Shown here: positions 27,132 through 36,290 of the stretch, in pieces
Position numbering within the stretch: the stretch's first letter is position 1
Layout: each line of letters starts with the position of its first letter
NCBI GenBank assembly: GCA_030613835.1
Contig: JAUWLH010000002.1
Span: forward strand, 1-36,522
Reading direction: 5' to 3'
From: Candidatus Bathyarchaeota archaeon
GTDB lineage: Archaea; Thermoproteota; Bathyarchaeia; TCS64
DNA length: 36,522 nt
Notes under the pieces: generated by a model
Databases searched by the model: none
What the model saw: the letters and a program-made list of their open reading frames with translations, nothing else
Told to the model about the DNA's origin: nothing
Translations under genes and position numbers: made by a program

Positions 27132-28138
27132 TGCTGGATACCTCCCTTAGTCCACTCTGTGTGGAGGTACGTGATCTGTGGTGCTTCCTCGGGGTAGTCT
27201 GTATCGCGCACGGTTTTACGTAGCTTGATTAGACGCTTTGCTGACCCAATGATGCTTCCTTTCAATAGGAGGTAATCTCCCTTAATGAAACCATAGTTCT
27301 TAAATCCGGACTTTGGGTTGATGCGATCAGTGTCGCCGTTCATCAGCAGGATTCTTTTATTGAACTCGGTTCTGTTGTGGAAGCCCATCTGACCGGCTCG
27401 CGGTACCTGGGGCATGACGCGCCTAGGTACCCATGGACCGATGGATGCTACCGCTCTTCTTGATTTTCTTGCTTTTCGTGCCAGTATCCTGACCCCCCAT
27501 CTCTTGACCGGCCCTTGGAAGCCCTTGCCCTTCGTGACACCGATGATATCGATGCCCTCGCTGGGACCGAAGACGTCCTTTACTGATACGGTCTTGCCTA
27601 GCAGGCCCTTGGCGTACTCCAGTTGACTCTCCATTGATCCGCCCGATACGGGGATCTCGAAGAGGTCTGGCACCTTCTGTGAGAGGCTTGAGAGTCTCGG
27701 CTGGGTTGCCGCGATGACCCTTATCTCGGCGACCTTGTCGATTTTCTCTTTGATCTCGTTTAGCTTGCTCTCTGGCTGGGGATCTGTGGCGAAGGTTATC
27801 CTTCTGTGCAGGTCTCTAGGCTGGTTCTGCATCCAGGCTTCAGTGATGGCGTGTAGGCCATCATAATCTTTTCTGTATGCCCTGATTGCTACGACCAGCA
27901 TAGGGGGAGTGTCGATTACGGTGGCGGCTGCTTTAACCTCCTGACCGTATTCTGGAACTCGTTGTCTATCTTCGATATAGAACAGGTGGGTCATGCCTGC
28001 CTTGTAGCCTGCGAAGCCGACTAGCTGGGGTTCTCCCTCCAGCTTCGGCCAGTAACTCACTCGGCCTTTTGGGTTCCTCGCGCGTTTGCGCGGAGAGTAG
28101 CCTCGTGAGCCTCGCTTTGGTGATCTTACTCTTGGCAT
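27128..28138 (-). CDS. rpl3: 50S ribosomal protein uL3
   Basis: GYKAGMTH, VTKGKGFQGPVKRWG and AGQMGFHNRTE. Confidence 0.97.
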   Translation of the reverse strand: MPRVRSPKRGSRGYSPRKRARNPKGRVSYWPKLEGEPQLVGFAGYKAGMTHLFYIEDRQRVPEYGQEVKAAATVIDTPPMLVVAIRAYRKDYDGLHAITEAWMQNQPRDLHRRITFATDPQPESKLNEIKEKIDKVAEIRVIAATQPRLSSLSQKVPDLFEIPVSGGSMESQLEYAKGLLGKTVSVKDVFGPSEGIDIIGVTKGKGFQGPVKRWGVRILARKARKSRRAVASIGPWVPRRVMPQVPRAGQMGFHNRTEFNKRILLMNGDTDRINPKSGFKNYGFIKGDYLLLKGSIIGSAKRLIKLRKTVRDTDYPEEAPQITYLHTEWTKGGIQQ

Positions 28139-28184
28139 GTGTTGACACTCCTAATTAGAGCTACCAAGAAACAACGGGACTCAC

Positions 28185-28192
28185 TTTTAAAG
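28185..28192 (-). promoter_or_regulatory. Candidate TATA box for the ribosomal-protein cluster
   Basis: CTTTAAAA on the minus strand, about 46 nt upstream of the rpl3 ATG. AGGAG lies just upstream of the start. Confidence 0.45.
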
Positions 28193-28199
28193 GATTCTC

Positions 28200-28291
28200 T
28201 AGGTTACTTGCTTTGATTTATAGAGGATATGGACGTCATTTTACGGCTACACTATTGGAGGTTAGCTAAAAACGTTGTAGCATGTAACCTA
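28200..28291. mobile_element. Possible 92-bp MITE-like element or long inverted repeat
   Basis: TAGGTTACTTGCT (28200-28212) and AGCATGTAACCTA (28279-28291) are inverted with a 12/13 match, with TA at both outer ends. Confidence 0.35.
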
Positions 28292-28310
28292 CAATAAGGG
28301 AAAATTTATT

Positions 28311-30161
28311 TTAGATAGTCGGAGAGATGGGAGCCCTAGTTTGTGATATCTGCATCTTCTCATAGAAGGGACAGATATCATTCATTAGGCACTCCTCGTG
28401 TTTTGGGTTTCTAGCCGTGCAAATCTCCCTTCCGAATTTTATGAGGCTGAGATGTACCTCAAGGAACCTGTCGGGTGTCGCTGCGTCCTGTAACGCTGAC
28501 CTGATGGCTTCGTAGTTGGCGTTCTGTGGCACGAGCTCTAGGCGCTTACTGACACGTTCAATGTGCGTGTCCACGGGGATGACCTTGCGGTCTGCCGCGA
28601 ACATCAAGGATACGTCCGCCGTCTTCGGGCCTACTCCGGGAAGCTCCATGAGCCTGTCCCTCGCCTCGTTGAAAGGAAGGTCGAATAGTGGCTTCAAGTT
28701 GCCGTCGTACTTTTCGATGATTATCCTTGATATCCGTTTGAGTGTTTTGGTTCGCTGGTTGTACATGCCCGCAGACCTGATGGCTTCCCTAATCTCCGAC
28801 TCAGGTGCCTCGTCAATGCGGTAAGGGTTGATACCTATGGCACTGTCAAGGCAGTTGAACACCGTTTCCCTGTTTGAGCCCGATGTGTTCTGGCTCAGGA
28901 TGGTGCTGACGAGGCTCTGGAAAGGATCGTGATACCGCTTCTCGTACGGTACCGGGAACTCAGCGAGTACCCTGTTGACTGTCGTCTCGGCCCTCCTGAA
29001 CGGGGTCAGCTGGACTGGCTCAGGGGGGTTGTCCTTAATGTGCTTAAGACGCTTGGATATGAGGTCCAGCAGCTCAGGGACATTTTCTTTGGTCTCGGCG
29101 GATACGACGATCCATGGGAGCAAGTACGAGTCAAGCTCAAGAGTCTCGCCGATGGTGAGTGCCTTCTCCGGTGCCAGGTCAGACTTGTTGATGACTACGA
29201 TGATCCTGTCCCTTGAGACACCAATGTCCCTGAGTAGCCAAATGCCCTCGTTGAGCTTCATGTCCAGGTTCAGAACCGGGTCAGATAGATCCAGCAGGAG
29301 TATAACCAGATCGCTACTCCTGATGTCCAAGAGGTTCAGCTTGAAGCTCTGGATGAGTCGGGGATCAAGGTCTAGGACGAAACCGATGGTGTCGATGAAG
29401 AGTACTGTCGTCTCCCAGTCAATGAACCGCTTCTGGTACTTGCTACTGAGAGTTGTGAATGGTCGGTTACTGACAGGTTTATTGTCACCGGTTATACGGT
29501 TGAAGAGGTAGGTCTTGCCGGCGTTATAATAGCCGGCGATGCATATCACGGGGTACCCCAGCTTCTTTCGCTGCCATATCCGCTGGGTCTTCTCCTCCAT
29601 GAGCTTGTCGATCTCCTCGTTGATCCTAGCCTGGCTGCGGGTTAGCTCCCTCATCTTGGCGTGGAACCCGTACTCACCGCCGGCCCTGAAGAAGGGGCGG
29701 TCGTACTGGTAGTTCACCGCCGCTTGGAGCTTGTAGAACGGGGCCTGCTTCTCAAGTCTGGCCGACTGGATCTGTAGCTTGCTGAGGGTATCAGATGACA
29801 TCTGGTCGAATATCTCAAGGGTTAACTCGAAACGATCGATTACATCACAGTTGACCGCCTGCATGAGGTTGAGTTTCTGGCTGCTCCTGATGATATTGTA
29901 GAAGATGACAACGTTGGCCTTGAGCCTGCGGACCTTCCGTCTGATATCGCCCACTTTGCCCTTGCCAATGTAGTACTTGGCAAAGGGACGGTAACGGGTC
30001 TGAACGACCTCACCGACCACCTCTATGCCGAGAGACTCGACTAGGGATTTGAGTTCGTCGAGCCTGACCCTGTAGACAACGTGGTCGTGGACGTTTGTCC
30101 TGAGCATGACCAGTATAGCCTTGGTATCCTGACCGTCCATTAACAGTGGTTGGCGCTCCAT
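28311..30161 (-). CDS. Fusion of an HflX-family GTPase (N-terminal, ~375 aa) and an endonuclease III/Nth-like HhH-GPD glycosylase (C-terminal, ~230 aa)
   Basis: HflX part: LDELKSL...YYIGKGKV, IDRFELTLEIF, G1 GYYNAGKT, G2 FTTL, G3 DTIGF, G4 NKSD, G5 VSA. Nth part: DPFQSLVSTILSQNT, LPGVGPKTA, PVDTH and C-x6-H-x2-C-x5-C. Confidence 0.92.
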   Translation of the reverse strand: MERQPLLMDGQDTKAILVMLRTNVHDHVVYRVRLDELKSLVESLGIEVVGEVVQTRYRPFAKYYIGKGKVGDIRRKVRRLKANVVIFYNIIRSSQKLNLMQAVNCDVIDRFELTLEIFDQMSSDTLSKLQIQSARLEKQAPFYKLQAAVNYQYDRPFFRAGGEYGFHAKMRELTRSQARINEEIDKLMEEKTQRIWQRKKLGYPVICIAGYYNAGKTYLFNRITGDNKPVSNRPFTTLSSKYQKRFIDWETTVLFIDTIGFVLDLDPRLIQSFKLNLLDIRSSDLVILLLDLSDPVLNLDMKLNEGIWLLRDIGVSRDRIIVVINKSDLAPEKALTIGETLELDSYLLPWIVVSAETKENVPELLDLISKRLKHIKDNPPEPVQLTPFRRAETTVNRVLAEFPVPYEKRYHDPFQSLVSTILSQNTSGSNRETVFNCLDSAIGINPYRIDEAPESEIREAIRSAGMYNQRTKTLKRISRIIIEKYDGNLKPLFDLPFNEARDRLMELPGVGPKTADVSLMFAADRKVIPVDTHIERVSKRLELVPQNANYEAIRSALQDAATPDRFLEVHLSLIKFGREICTARNPKHEECLMNDICPFYEKMQISQTRAPISPTI

Positions 30162-30216
30162 AGAGAACGTAGATTTGAAGGAGTAGGATGATAAAAAGGG
30201 ATTGATATTTGTATAA

Positions 30217-31206
30217 CTAATCAGAGGATGTCAATTTTCGGATGAGATCGACCTCATCTTGCAGGTAGGGCGTACCGTCCCCGTGGAATATCTCATGGAA
30301 CCATAACTCTGGTTCAGTTGATCCCTCCTTTGACCCCCAATGATACTTGGTCTGGGTCTTACCATCAACAAGCCCCCAATTGATGCACCCCACGTTCTCA
30401 CATTTGAAAACGGGTAAGCTCGTCTTGAAAAAGCTCCCGTTGGGCCTCGCCATGTACTCGGTGCAGATCATGGGTCGTCCGTGCTCCTTGAGGCGGTATA
30501 TCTGTTCCTTAAGGTGCGTAGCATCGTGATAATCATGAAACGTGATGATATCTGAGTTTGAGATCTGGAAATCATTGAGTTCGTCATTATCAAACCAGAT
30601 CCCCACAGATATCGGTTGAGAAGGATCCGCATCCCTAGCCCATCGGAATATTTCTTTGAGGAGCCCCATGGATTTCTTTCCAAGATCATTATTTCCAGGC
30701 TCGTTGTACAAATCCCATAGCAGGATGCGATCGTCATCGCCAAAGGCGTTCAGTATTCCCTTCACATAGTCTTCAAGTGGCCCCCAAGTAGAGGGATCGA
30801 GAACCTTGCTTGAGCCTGGACTCTGAACCCAACCCGAGTTATGCACTCCGGGTCTCGGCACGGGCTGCCTCCCGGGTTTGAATGTCGAATTCCAGCAGTC
30901 ATCGAAAAAGACGAACATGGGATTGATACCCTTGCCAGAAGCAATCTCAAGGAAACGATTGATCCGCTCGATGACCCCTGTTGGGTCGTTCTCCCAGAGG
31001 AGGTTATGTAGGTAGACCCTGATAGTGTTGAAGCCTAGATCACCCGCCCATCCGAGCTCACGTTCAATAGTCGCGTTATCAAAAGTATCAGCCTGCCACA
31101 TCTCAAGCTGGTTGATAGCCGTGCTCGGGGTGAAGTTACATCCGACCAGCCACCTGTGCCCGTTGTACCATTCCCAGGCCCTCTCCTGGCTCCATCGATC
31201 ATCCAT
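30217..31206 (-). CDS. Clan GH-A glycoside hydrolase (GH5-like)
   Basis: GFNTIRV, acid/base WDLYNEP, ITFHDY and nucleophile CTEYMAR. No signal peptide is evident. Confidence 0.85.
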   Translation of the reverse strand: MDDRWSQERAWEWYNGHRWLVGCNFTPSTAINQLEMWQADTFDNATIERELGWAGDLGFNTIRVYLHNLLWENDPTGVIERINRFLEIASGKGINPMFVFFDDCWNSTFKPGRQPVPRPGVHNSGWVQSPGSSKVLDPSTWGPLEDYVKGILNAFGDDDRILLWDLYNEPGNNDLGKKSMGLLKEIFRWARDADPSQPISVGIWFDNDELNDFQISNSDIITFHDYHDATHLKEQIYRLKEHGRPMICTEYMARPNGSFFKTSLPVFKCENVGCINWGLVDGKTQTKYHWGSKEGSTEPELWFHEIFHGDGTPYLQDEVDLIRKLTSSD

Positions 31207-31335
31207 GAATAATGGTTAATCTAAAGGATGATAAAATATGTCATTGAGAATCAGCACTCCCCAATCATAAAGTGAACAACCTGAAAACGGGAGAGTGCCA
31301 AAAAAAATAATTGACGCCAAGCGTTTATAAAATTT

Positions 31336-31872
31336 TTACAGGTTATCGTCCCTGATCGATTCAAGCTCTTCCTTTGACATGCCCTCTGTCTCAAGGAACT
31401 CAAGTATCAATTCGGTCTTGGCTCTCCAATAGTCCTCTCGACTCTCGCTTGATTCCGCAAGGCTCATCTTCTGGTCGTTGTATCTCCTGAAGGCTTCGGG
31501 GTTCTCGGTCAGGTGTTTTTTTAGTAGCATGTGATTACAATAAGCGGTTGAGCCAACGACGACAAGGTATAGGTTGTGGGCGTGCTTGTGCTCATAGTCA
31601 AGGCCAAATACCTCCCTTCCAAGAATGCCAAGGTTCCCCTGATGGATATAACCTATCCTGCCAAGCCTGGAGGCTATCGCATCGAGGTCGCCCATGTCAC
31701 TGACAACGATATCCATATCGATGATGGGTTTTGCGCCCATGCCCTCGATGGACGTGCTTCCAACGTGAACGATATCAAGGGCAAGGTCCGAGATCTGGGG
31801 CCATATCTGGTTCCTGATCTCCATGAACCACTCTCTCCACTTTGGGTTGAAGGGCAGAACCTGGACGGACAC
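31336..31872 (-). CDS. GrpB/UPF0157 family protein (nucleotidyltransferase fold)
   Basis: Signature HVGSTSIEGMGAKPIIDMDI and Y...K...YWRAK. Confidence 0.9.
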   Translation of the reverse strand: MSVQVLPFNPKWREWFMEIRNQIWPQISDLALDIVHVGSTSIEGMGAKPIIDMDIVVSDMGDLDAIASRLGRIGYIHQGNLGILGREVFGLDYEHKHAHNLYLVVVGSTAYCNHMLLKKHLTENPEAFRRYNDQKMSLAESSESREDYWRAKTELILEFLETEGMSKEELESIRDDNL

Positions 31873-31903
31873 GGGGATTGGTTGTTTTCCCCAGTATTAT
31901 AAG

Positions 31904-32311
31904 CTACTCTTCCATCTTGCTGAGGATGTTATCAAGGTCCTCGATGGCGTATGCCCCTGTGGCGGACATCAACCGGGCAAATTCCCGCCTCAGCCCGTAC
32001 TCCACCTTCGCGCCCTTCCTCTCAAGAATCTGGTTGAAGTGACGGTTTAGCCTGAGGCCCTCCTCATCGAAATCAAGGAGGAGCAGGATTCGCCTGTAAC
32101 AGGATACCAGGTCATCGGCCAAGTCAAAGTCGTTGACGCCGGACCTATTAAGCACCTCGATAGAGCCACGGTACCCTAGGGATCGCAAGGACTGCATGTC
32201 CCTGAACCCCTCAACGACAACCACATCAACGAGTCCAGGTAGCTCCTGCATCAACTGCCCAAGCTCGCGGATCGCGTTCTTTCGGCGGATTTTTGAACGG
32301 TTCATTGTCAT
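31904..32311 (-). CDS. Small stand-alone Toprim-domain protein
   Basis: VVVEGFRD and LLDFDEEG (E...DxD). Overlaps the glycerate kinase stop by 4 nt. Confidence 0.85.
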   Translation of the reverse strand: MTMNRSKIRRKNAIRELGQLMQELPGLVDVVVVEGFRDMQSLRSLGYRGSIEVLNRSGVNDFDLADDLVSCYRRILLLLDFDEEGLRLNRHFNQILERKGAKVEYGLRREFARLMSATGAYAIEDLDNILSKMEE

Positions 32312-33678
32312 CGGACCAGGATGACCGATAGGTCGTTCACGTTTGTCTCCGTTGGACCGGTCATTATCAGGTCGTTCATGGACTCGAAGAAGCTGTAGGA
32401 ATCGTTCCCTTCAAGGAACTTGTCGGGGTTTAGCCCCATCCCCAAAGCCCTAGTGAGGCTCTCGCCATCCACCATGGCACCAGCCGCGTCGGTCGGTCCA
32501 TCTATACCATCAGTTCCGAGAGTGGCGATGATCCCCCTAAGACCGCTCATCTTACGGATCGCGCCCAAGGCAACCTCCTGGTTCCTGCCCCCCTTGCCTT
32601 CACCGTTTACGGTCACAGTTGTCTCTCCTCCGATTATGATCGCGGCTGGTCTAGGCAGTGGTAGCCCCCTTGATTGTTCCTCACGTGCGACACCGGCGAA
32701 CATGCCCCCGACCTGCCTTGCTTCCCCCTCGATGTGGGTGGACAGGATCATGGAGTTGTAGCCGAGCCCCTCGGCGACCTTGGATGCAGCCCTCGCTGCC
32801 ATGTAATTGTTTGCGATCACTAGGTTGCTCACGTTCTCGAAGATAGGATCACCCAGCTTGGGGGTTTCAGGGCACATGCCATTCATGCCGTCGTTGAGCC
32901 TGGAAAGAACGCTCTCGGGGATATCATCGATGAGACCGTACTTTGTTACCACATCCCTGGCGTCCATGAAGGTGGACTCATCGGGCGACGTGGGACCTGA
33001 CGCAATGGTATCGATAGGATCCCCGATCACATCGGACAGTAATAGGTTGATCATCATTGCCGGGTAGACATGCCTAGCAAACTGCCCGCCCTTGAACCCG
33101 CTTATGTGCTTCCTTACGGAGTTCAGCTCATTGATAGTGGCCCCTGCCATGAGGAGAAAGCTAGTCAACTTCCGCATGTCCTCAAGGGAAATTCCTGGAG
33201 CAGGGTATGGCATTAGGGCCGATCCTCCGCCAGATATCAGGGTGATGACCAGATCACGTTTGGTCAGCCCGTTTGTGAGGTCAAGCATCCTGTCAACTCC
33301 CTTTACCCCCTCATGGTCAGGGATGGGGTGAGAAGCCCCCCTCAAAGTAATACGCCCCAACTTGGAGCCCTCGGTTCCCTTCAGGACATTGATATGACCT
33401 GAGGTAATTTGTTTTCCAAGAAGACCCTCCACCGCCTTGGCCATCATACCCCCTGCCTTGCCGCCTCCCACAACGATGATCTTCTTTGTCTTGGAGAGAT
33501 CAACCAAGCCTCCCTCATAGGAGAGAACGTCCCCCTCAAGGGAAAGGGCGTTCAGCACGACCTCAATTGGATCAACGGCCCTCAACGCGCCTTCCAGTAT
33601 AACACAGGCATCGTGTCTGAGTCTCTGTAAAACCTCGTCCTCGGAGTTCCCTATCAAACTGTCCTTGTTCTTGATCAA
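32308..33678 (-). CDS. gck: Glycerate 2-kinase (MOFRL family)
   Basis: Motifs GGGKAG, SHPIPD, LISGGGSAL, IASGPT, GGETTV, GGRNQE, TDGIDG and TNVND. TTG start. Confidence 0.93.
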   Translation of the reverse strand: MIKNKDSLIGNSEDEVLQRLRHDACVILEGALRAVDPIEVVLNALSLEGDVLSYEGGLVDLSKTKKIIVVGGGKAGGMMAKAVEGLLGKQITSGHINVLKGTEGSKLGRITLRGASHPIPDHEGVKGVDRMLDLTNGLTKRDLVITLISGGGSALMPYPAPGISLEDMRKLTSFLLMAGATINELNSVRKHISGFKGGQFARHVYPAMMINLLLSDVIGDPIDTIASGPTSPDESTFMDARDVVTKYGLIDDIPESVLSRLNDGMNGMCPETPKLGDPIFENVSNLVIANNYMAARAASKVAEGLGYNSMILSTHIEGEARQVGGMFAGVAREEQSRGLPLPRPAAIIIGGETTVTVNGEGKGGRNQEVALGAIRKMSGLRGIIATLGTDGIDGPTDAAGAMVDGESLTRALGMGLNPDKFLEGNDSYSFFESMNDLIMTGPTETNVNDLSVILVR

Positions 33679-33733
33679 TGAAGCTCACTAATCACTAGGA
33701 GAAAGAGTAATACAAAAGGGGATAAAAAGGGAG

Positions 33734-35941
33734 TTACTCCCTGACAATGTAATCGCTGGCCCTCGGCGGGTCTGGGCTCATGCCCTTGCGGGTCCTCGTC
33801 TTCTTGATGATATCCAGTAGCATATTGTCCGGTACGGGCGAGTAGTGGTCGAACGTCATCTGCCAGAAAGCGGTGCCGCTCGTGGCCGAACGCAGCTCCT
33901 GACTCAGGCCCAGCGACTCAGCGACCGGTATGAATCCCGTGACGTTGACAATGGGACCTTCCTGATTCACGCTCCTGATGCTGCCCCTCTTCTTGCTGAG
34001 GAGACCAGTCACGTTGCCCATCTCTAGTGTTGGTACGCGGACCTGGATCAGGCTGATTGGCTCCAGCAGTGTGGGGTTTGCGCTGAGGATGCCTGCGTAG
34101 AGCGCTTGCCTAACGGCTGGCAGCATCTGCGCTGGTCCACGGTGGACAGGGTCCTCGTGTAGCTTGATATCCACCATGTCGATGAGTATGCCCCTGACAC
34201 GCTCACCTGCGATGGGTCCCTCGTTGAGGGCCCATTGGAAGCCGCCGCTGATATGCTGCTTGACCTCCCTAAGTCCTTGGATTCCCACCGTTGAGTCGAT
34301 GAGCAGGTTGGCGTTCTCGTTTATGTCGAAGACACGCCTGGCCTGACGGGTTGTCCATCCCATCTCCTCCTTGAGGATAGCCTCACGCCTGGATGAGCTG
34401 ACGATCTCGCTGAGATCGCCCTTACGGATCAGCTCGATGATCTTGGGGTCAAGGGGGGTGAACTTGAAGAACACCCTGTTGTGCTTGTTGGGGCTCTTGC
34501 CCATGAATGGCCCTGCCTCCATCCTGATGGCCTCACGGTATACTACCATGGGCTCGGTCTGAATGATGTCCAGGCCATGTATGGATTTCAGGTCCTTGAC
34601 CGCGATCTCAAGGTGGAGCTCGCCCATCCCGCTCAGCAGGTACTCCCCAGTTTCCTGGTTGATGGTCGTTACCAGGTTGGGGTCCTGTATGCTCATCTTC
34701 TGCATGGCATCGATGAGTTTCGGCAGATCAGTGGGCTTCTTGGGCTCGACCGCCACTGTTAGAACGGGGTCTGATACGTACTTTATTGACTCGAACGGGG
34801 TTGCGATTCCCAGTAACTCTGGTCCGACGATGGTCTCTCCTGCACGGGCATCTGAGAGACCCATGAGTGCCACGATGTTCCCGGCTGGGATCTCGTCTAC
34901 GATCTCACGGTACGCGCCCATGTAGATGCTTACCTGCTGCGCCTTTGCGGTCTTCTCCGCGCCCACCAGGTGTAGGGTATCGCCCTTGCGGATGGTCCCG
35001 CTGAACACCCTGCCGGTACTGATGACTCCCGCCTGGGGGTCGATGATAACGTTACTGATACAGATGACAAGAGGACCATCGGGGTTAACGGCCAGCATGT
35101 TTTTACCCATGACTGATTCGGGGTCTCCCTTCCATATGTGGGCGATCCTCCTTGGCTGGTGCTCGTCAGGGTTTGGAAGCTTGTGCACTGCCAGGCCTAG
35201 TATGGCCTCGCTCAGCGGAAGCATCTCCTGAAGTTTCTCCAGCTCGTCGTTCTTGTACATCTCCAGGATCTTTGGCAGGGTCAGTCCCTTCGCGGCCAGC
35301 ATCGGGAGGGTGAACCCCCACCTGTCGAGAGCTGAACCGAAGGCCACCTGTCCGTCGCCGGCGTTGATGGTCCACTCGTTCTTGATCTCGTTTGGACCAT
35401 AGGTCTGGACGATCTCGTTGAACTTGTTGATGATCCTCAGGAGCTTGGTCTGGATCGCGCCAGCGTCCATCCTGAGCTCCTTGATGAGCCTATCGAACTT
35501 GTTGATATAACAAACGGGCTTTACGAACTCATCCAGGGCTACCCTGAGCCTGACCTCGGTCATGATCTGGAACTCCTCGACAGCATCCACTAGCAACACG
35601 CAGCCGTCAAGTGCCCTCATGGCCCTTGTAACCTTGCCTGAGAAATCAACGTGACCTGGCGTGTCGATGAGGTTGATGACATATTGTTCGTCTCCCTCCT
35701 CGTAGAGGAGGCTGATGTTTGCTGTCTTGATAGTGATACCTCGCCTCTGCTCTTCCTCTAGGAAGTCGAGGGCCCTAGCCTCTCCAGCCCTATTGGGGGC
35801 CATCAAACCGGCCATAGCTAGGAGGCTGTCGCTCATGGTAGTCTTGCCGTGGTCAATGTGGGCAATGATACCGATGTTACGGACCTTCTCCTTGTTATGC
35901 ATCAGCTTGAGGATTTCTTCAGTTTGCTTAAATCGTGGCAT
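33734..35941 (-). CDS. fusA: Translation elongation factor EF-2
   Basis: AHIDHGKTT, RGITI, DTPGHVDF, NKFD, GMGELHL, SPNKHN and the diphthamide loop LHEDPVHRG. Confidence 0.97.
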   Translation of the reverse strand: MPRFKQTEEILKLMHNKEKVRNIGIIAHIDHGKTTMSDSLLAMAGLMAPNRAGEARALDFLEEEQRRGITIKTANISLLYEEGDEQYVINLIDTPGHVDFSGKVTRAMRALDGCVLLVDAVEEFQIMTEVRLRVALDEFVKPVCYINKFDRLIKELRMDAGAIQTKLLRIINKFNEIVQTYGPNEIKNEWTINAGDGQVAFGSALDRWGFTLPMLAAKGLTLPKILEMYKNDELEKLQEMLPLSEAILGLAVHKLPNPDEHQPRRIAHIWKGDPESVMGKNMLAVNPDGPLVICISNVIIDPQAGVISTGRVFSGTIRKGDTLHLVGAEKTAKAQQVSIYMGAYREIVDEIPAGNIVALMGLSDARAGETIVGPELLGIATPFESIKYVSDPVLTVAVEPKKPTDLPKLIDAMQKMSIQDPNLVTTINQETGEYLLSGMGELHLEIAVKDLKSIHGLDIIQTEPMVVYREAIRMEAGPFMGKSPNKHNRVFFKFTPLDPKIIELIRKGDLSEIVSSSRREAILKEEMGWTTRQARRVFDINENANLLIDSTVGIQGLREVKQHISGGFQWALNEGPIAGERVRGILIDMVDIKLHEDPVHRGPAQMLPAVRQALYAGILSANPTLLEPISLIQVRVPTLEMGNVTGLLSKKRGSIRSVNQEGPIVNVTGFIPVAESLGLSQELRSATSGTAFWQMTFDHYSPVPDNMLLDIIKKTRTRKGMSPDPPRASDYIVRE

Positions 35942-36067
35942 AAATGATCCTTTTTCCTTAAGTATAATTTGACTATAGACACCTACAGGGGTCTTTTAAA
36001 CCCTTCCCAGCGTAATTACACGGCCAGTGCCCTGAAGAATCGTATATAGCGCGCGCTTAACTGGAAT

Positions 36068-36290
36068 TTATGTTAATCCAGTGCGCTCACTTGCCACTCC
36101 ACCTACTAGGTGGTATAGTATAGCTAACTTGATTTTGGTTAATCCGTAGAGACTGGGTGCATATAACTCTGTTAACTTTTCTACTAGGTCTGGGTTCTTG
36201 CTGAGTTCAACTACTCGTTGACGGATACATTCATCTGGGGTGGGTTTCAATGTGGGCTACCTCGAGAGGGATATAAGTGAACAAGGTCTG
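36068..36290 (-). pseudogene. MCM helicase fragment (frameshifted and truncated)
   Basis: RVVELSKNPDLVEKLTELYAPSLYGLTKIKLAILYHLVGGV resembles the segment preceding Walker A in MCM. The upstream frame ends YIPLEVAHIE. The ORF stops before any P-loop. Confidence 0.6.

Noticed and set aside
31336..32311. GrpB nucleotidyltransferase plus Toprim as a defence or toxin-antitoxin pair
   Set aside because: Both are common stand-alone archaeal genes, and no HEPN, ATPase or effector partner is nearby.
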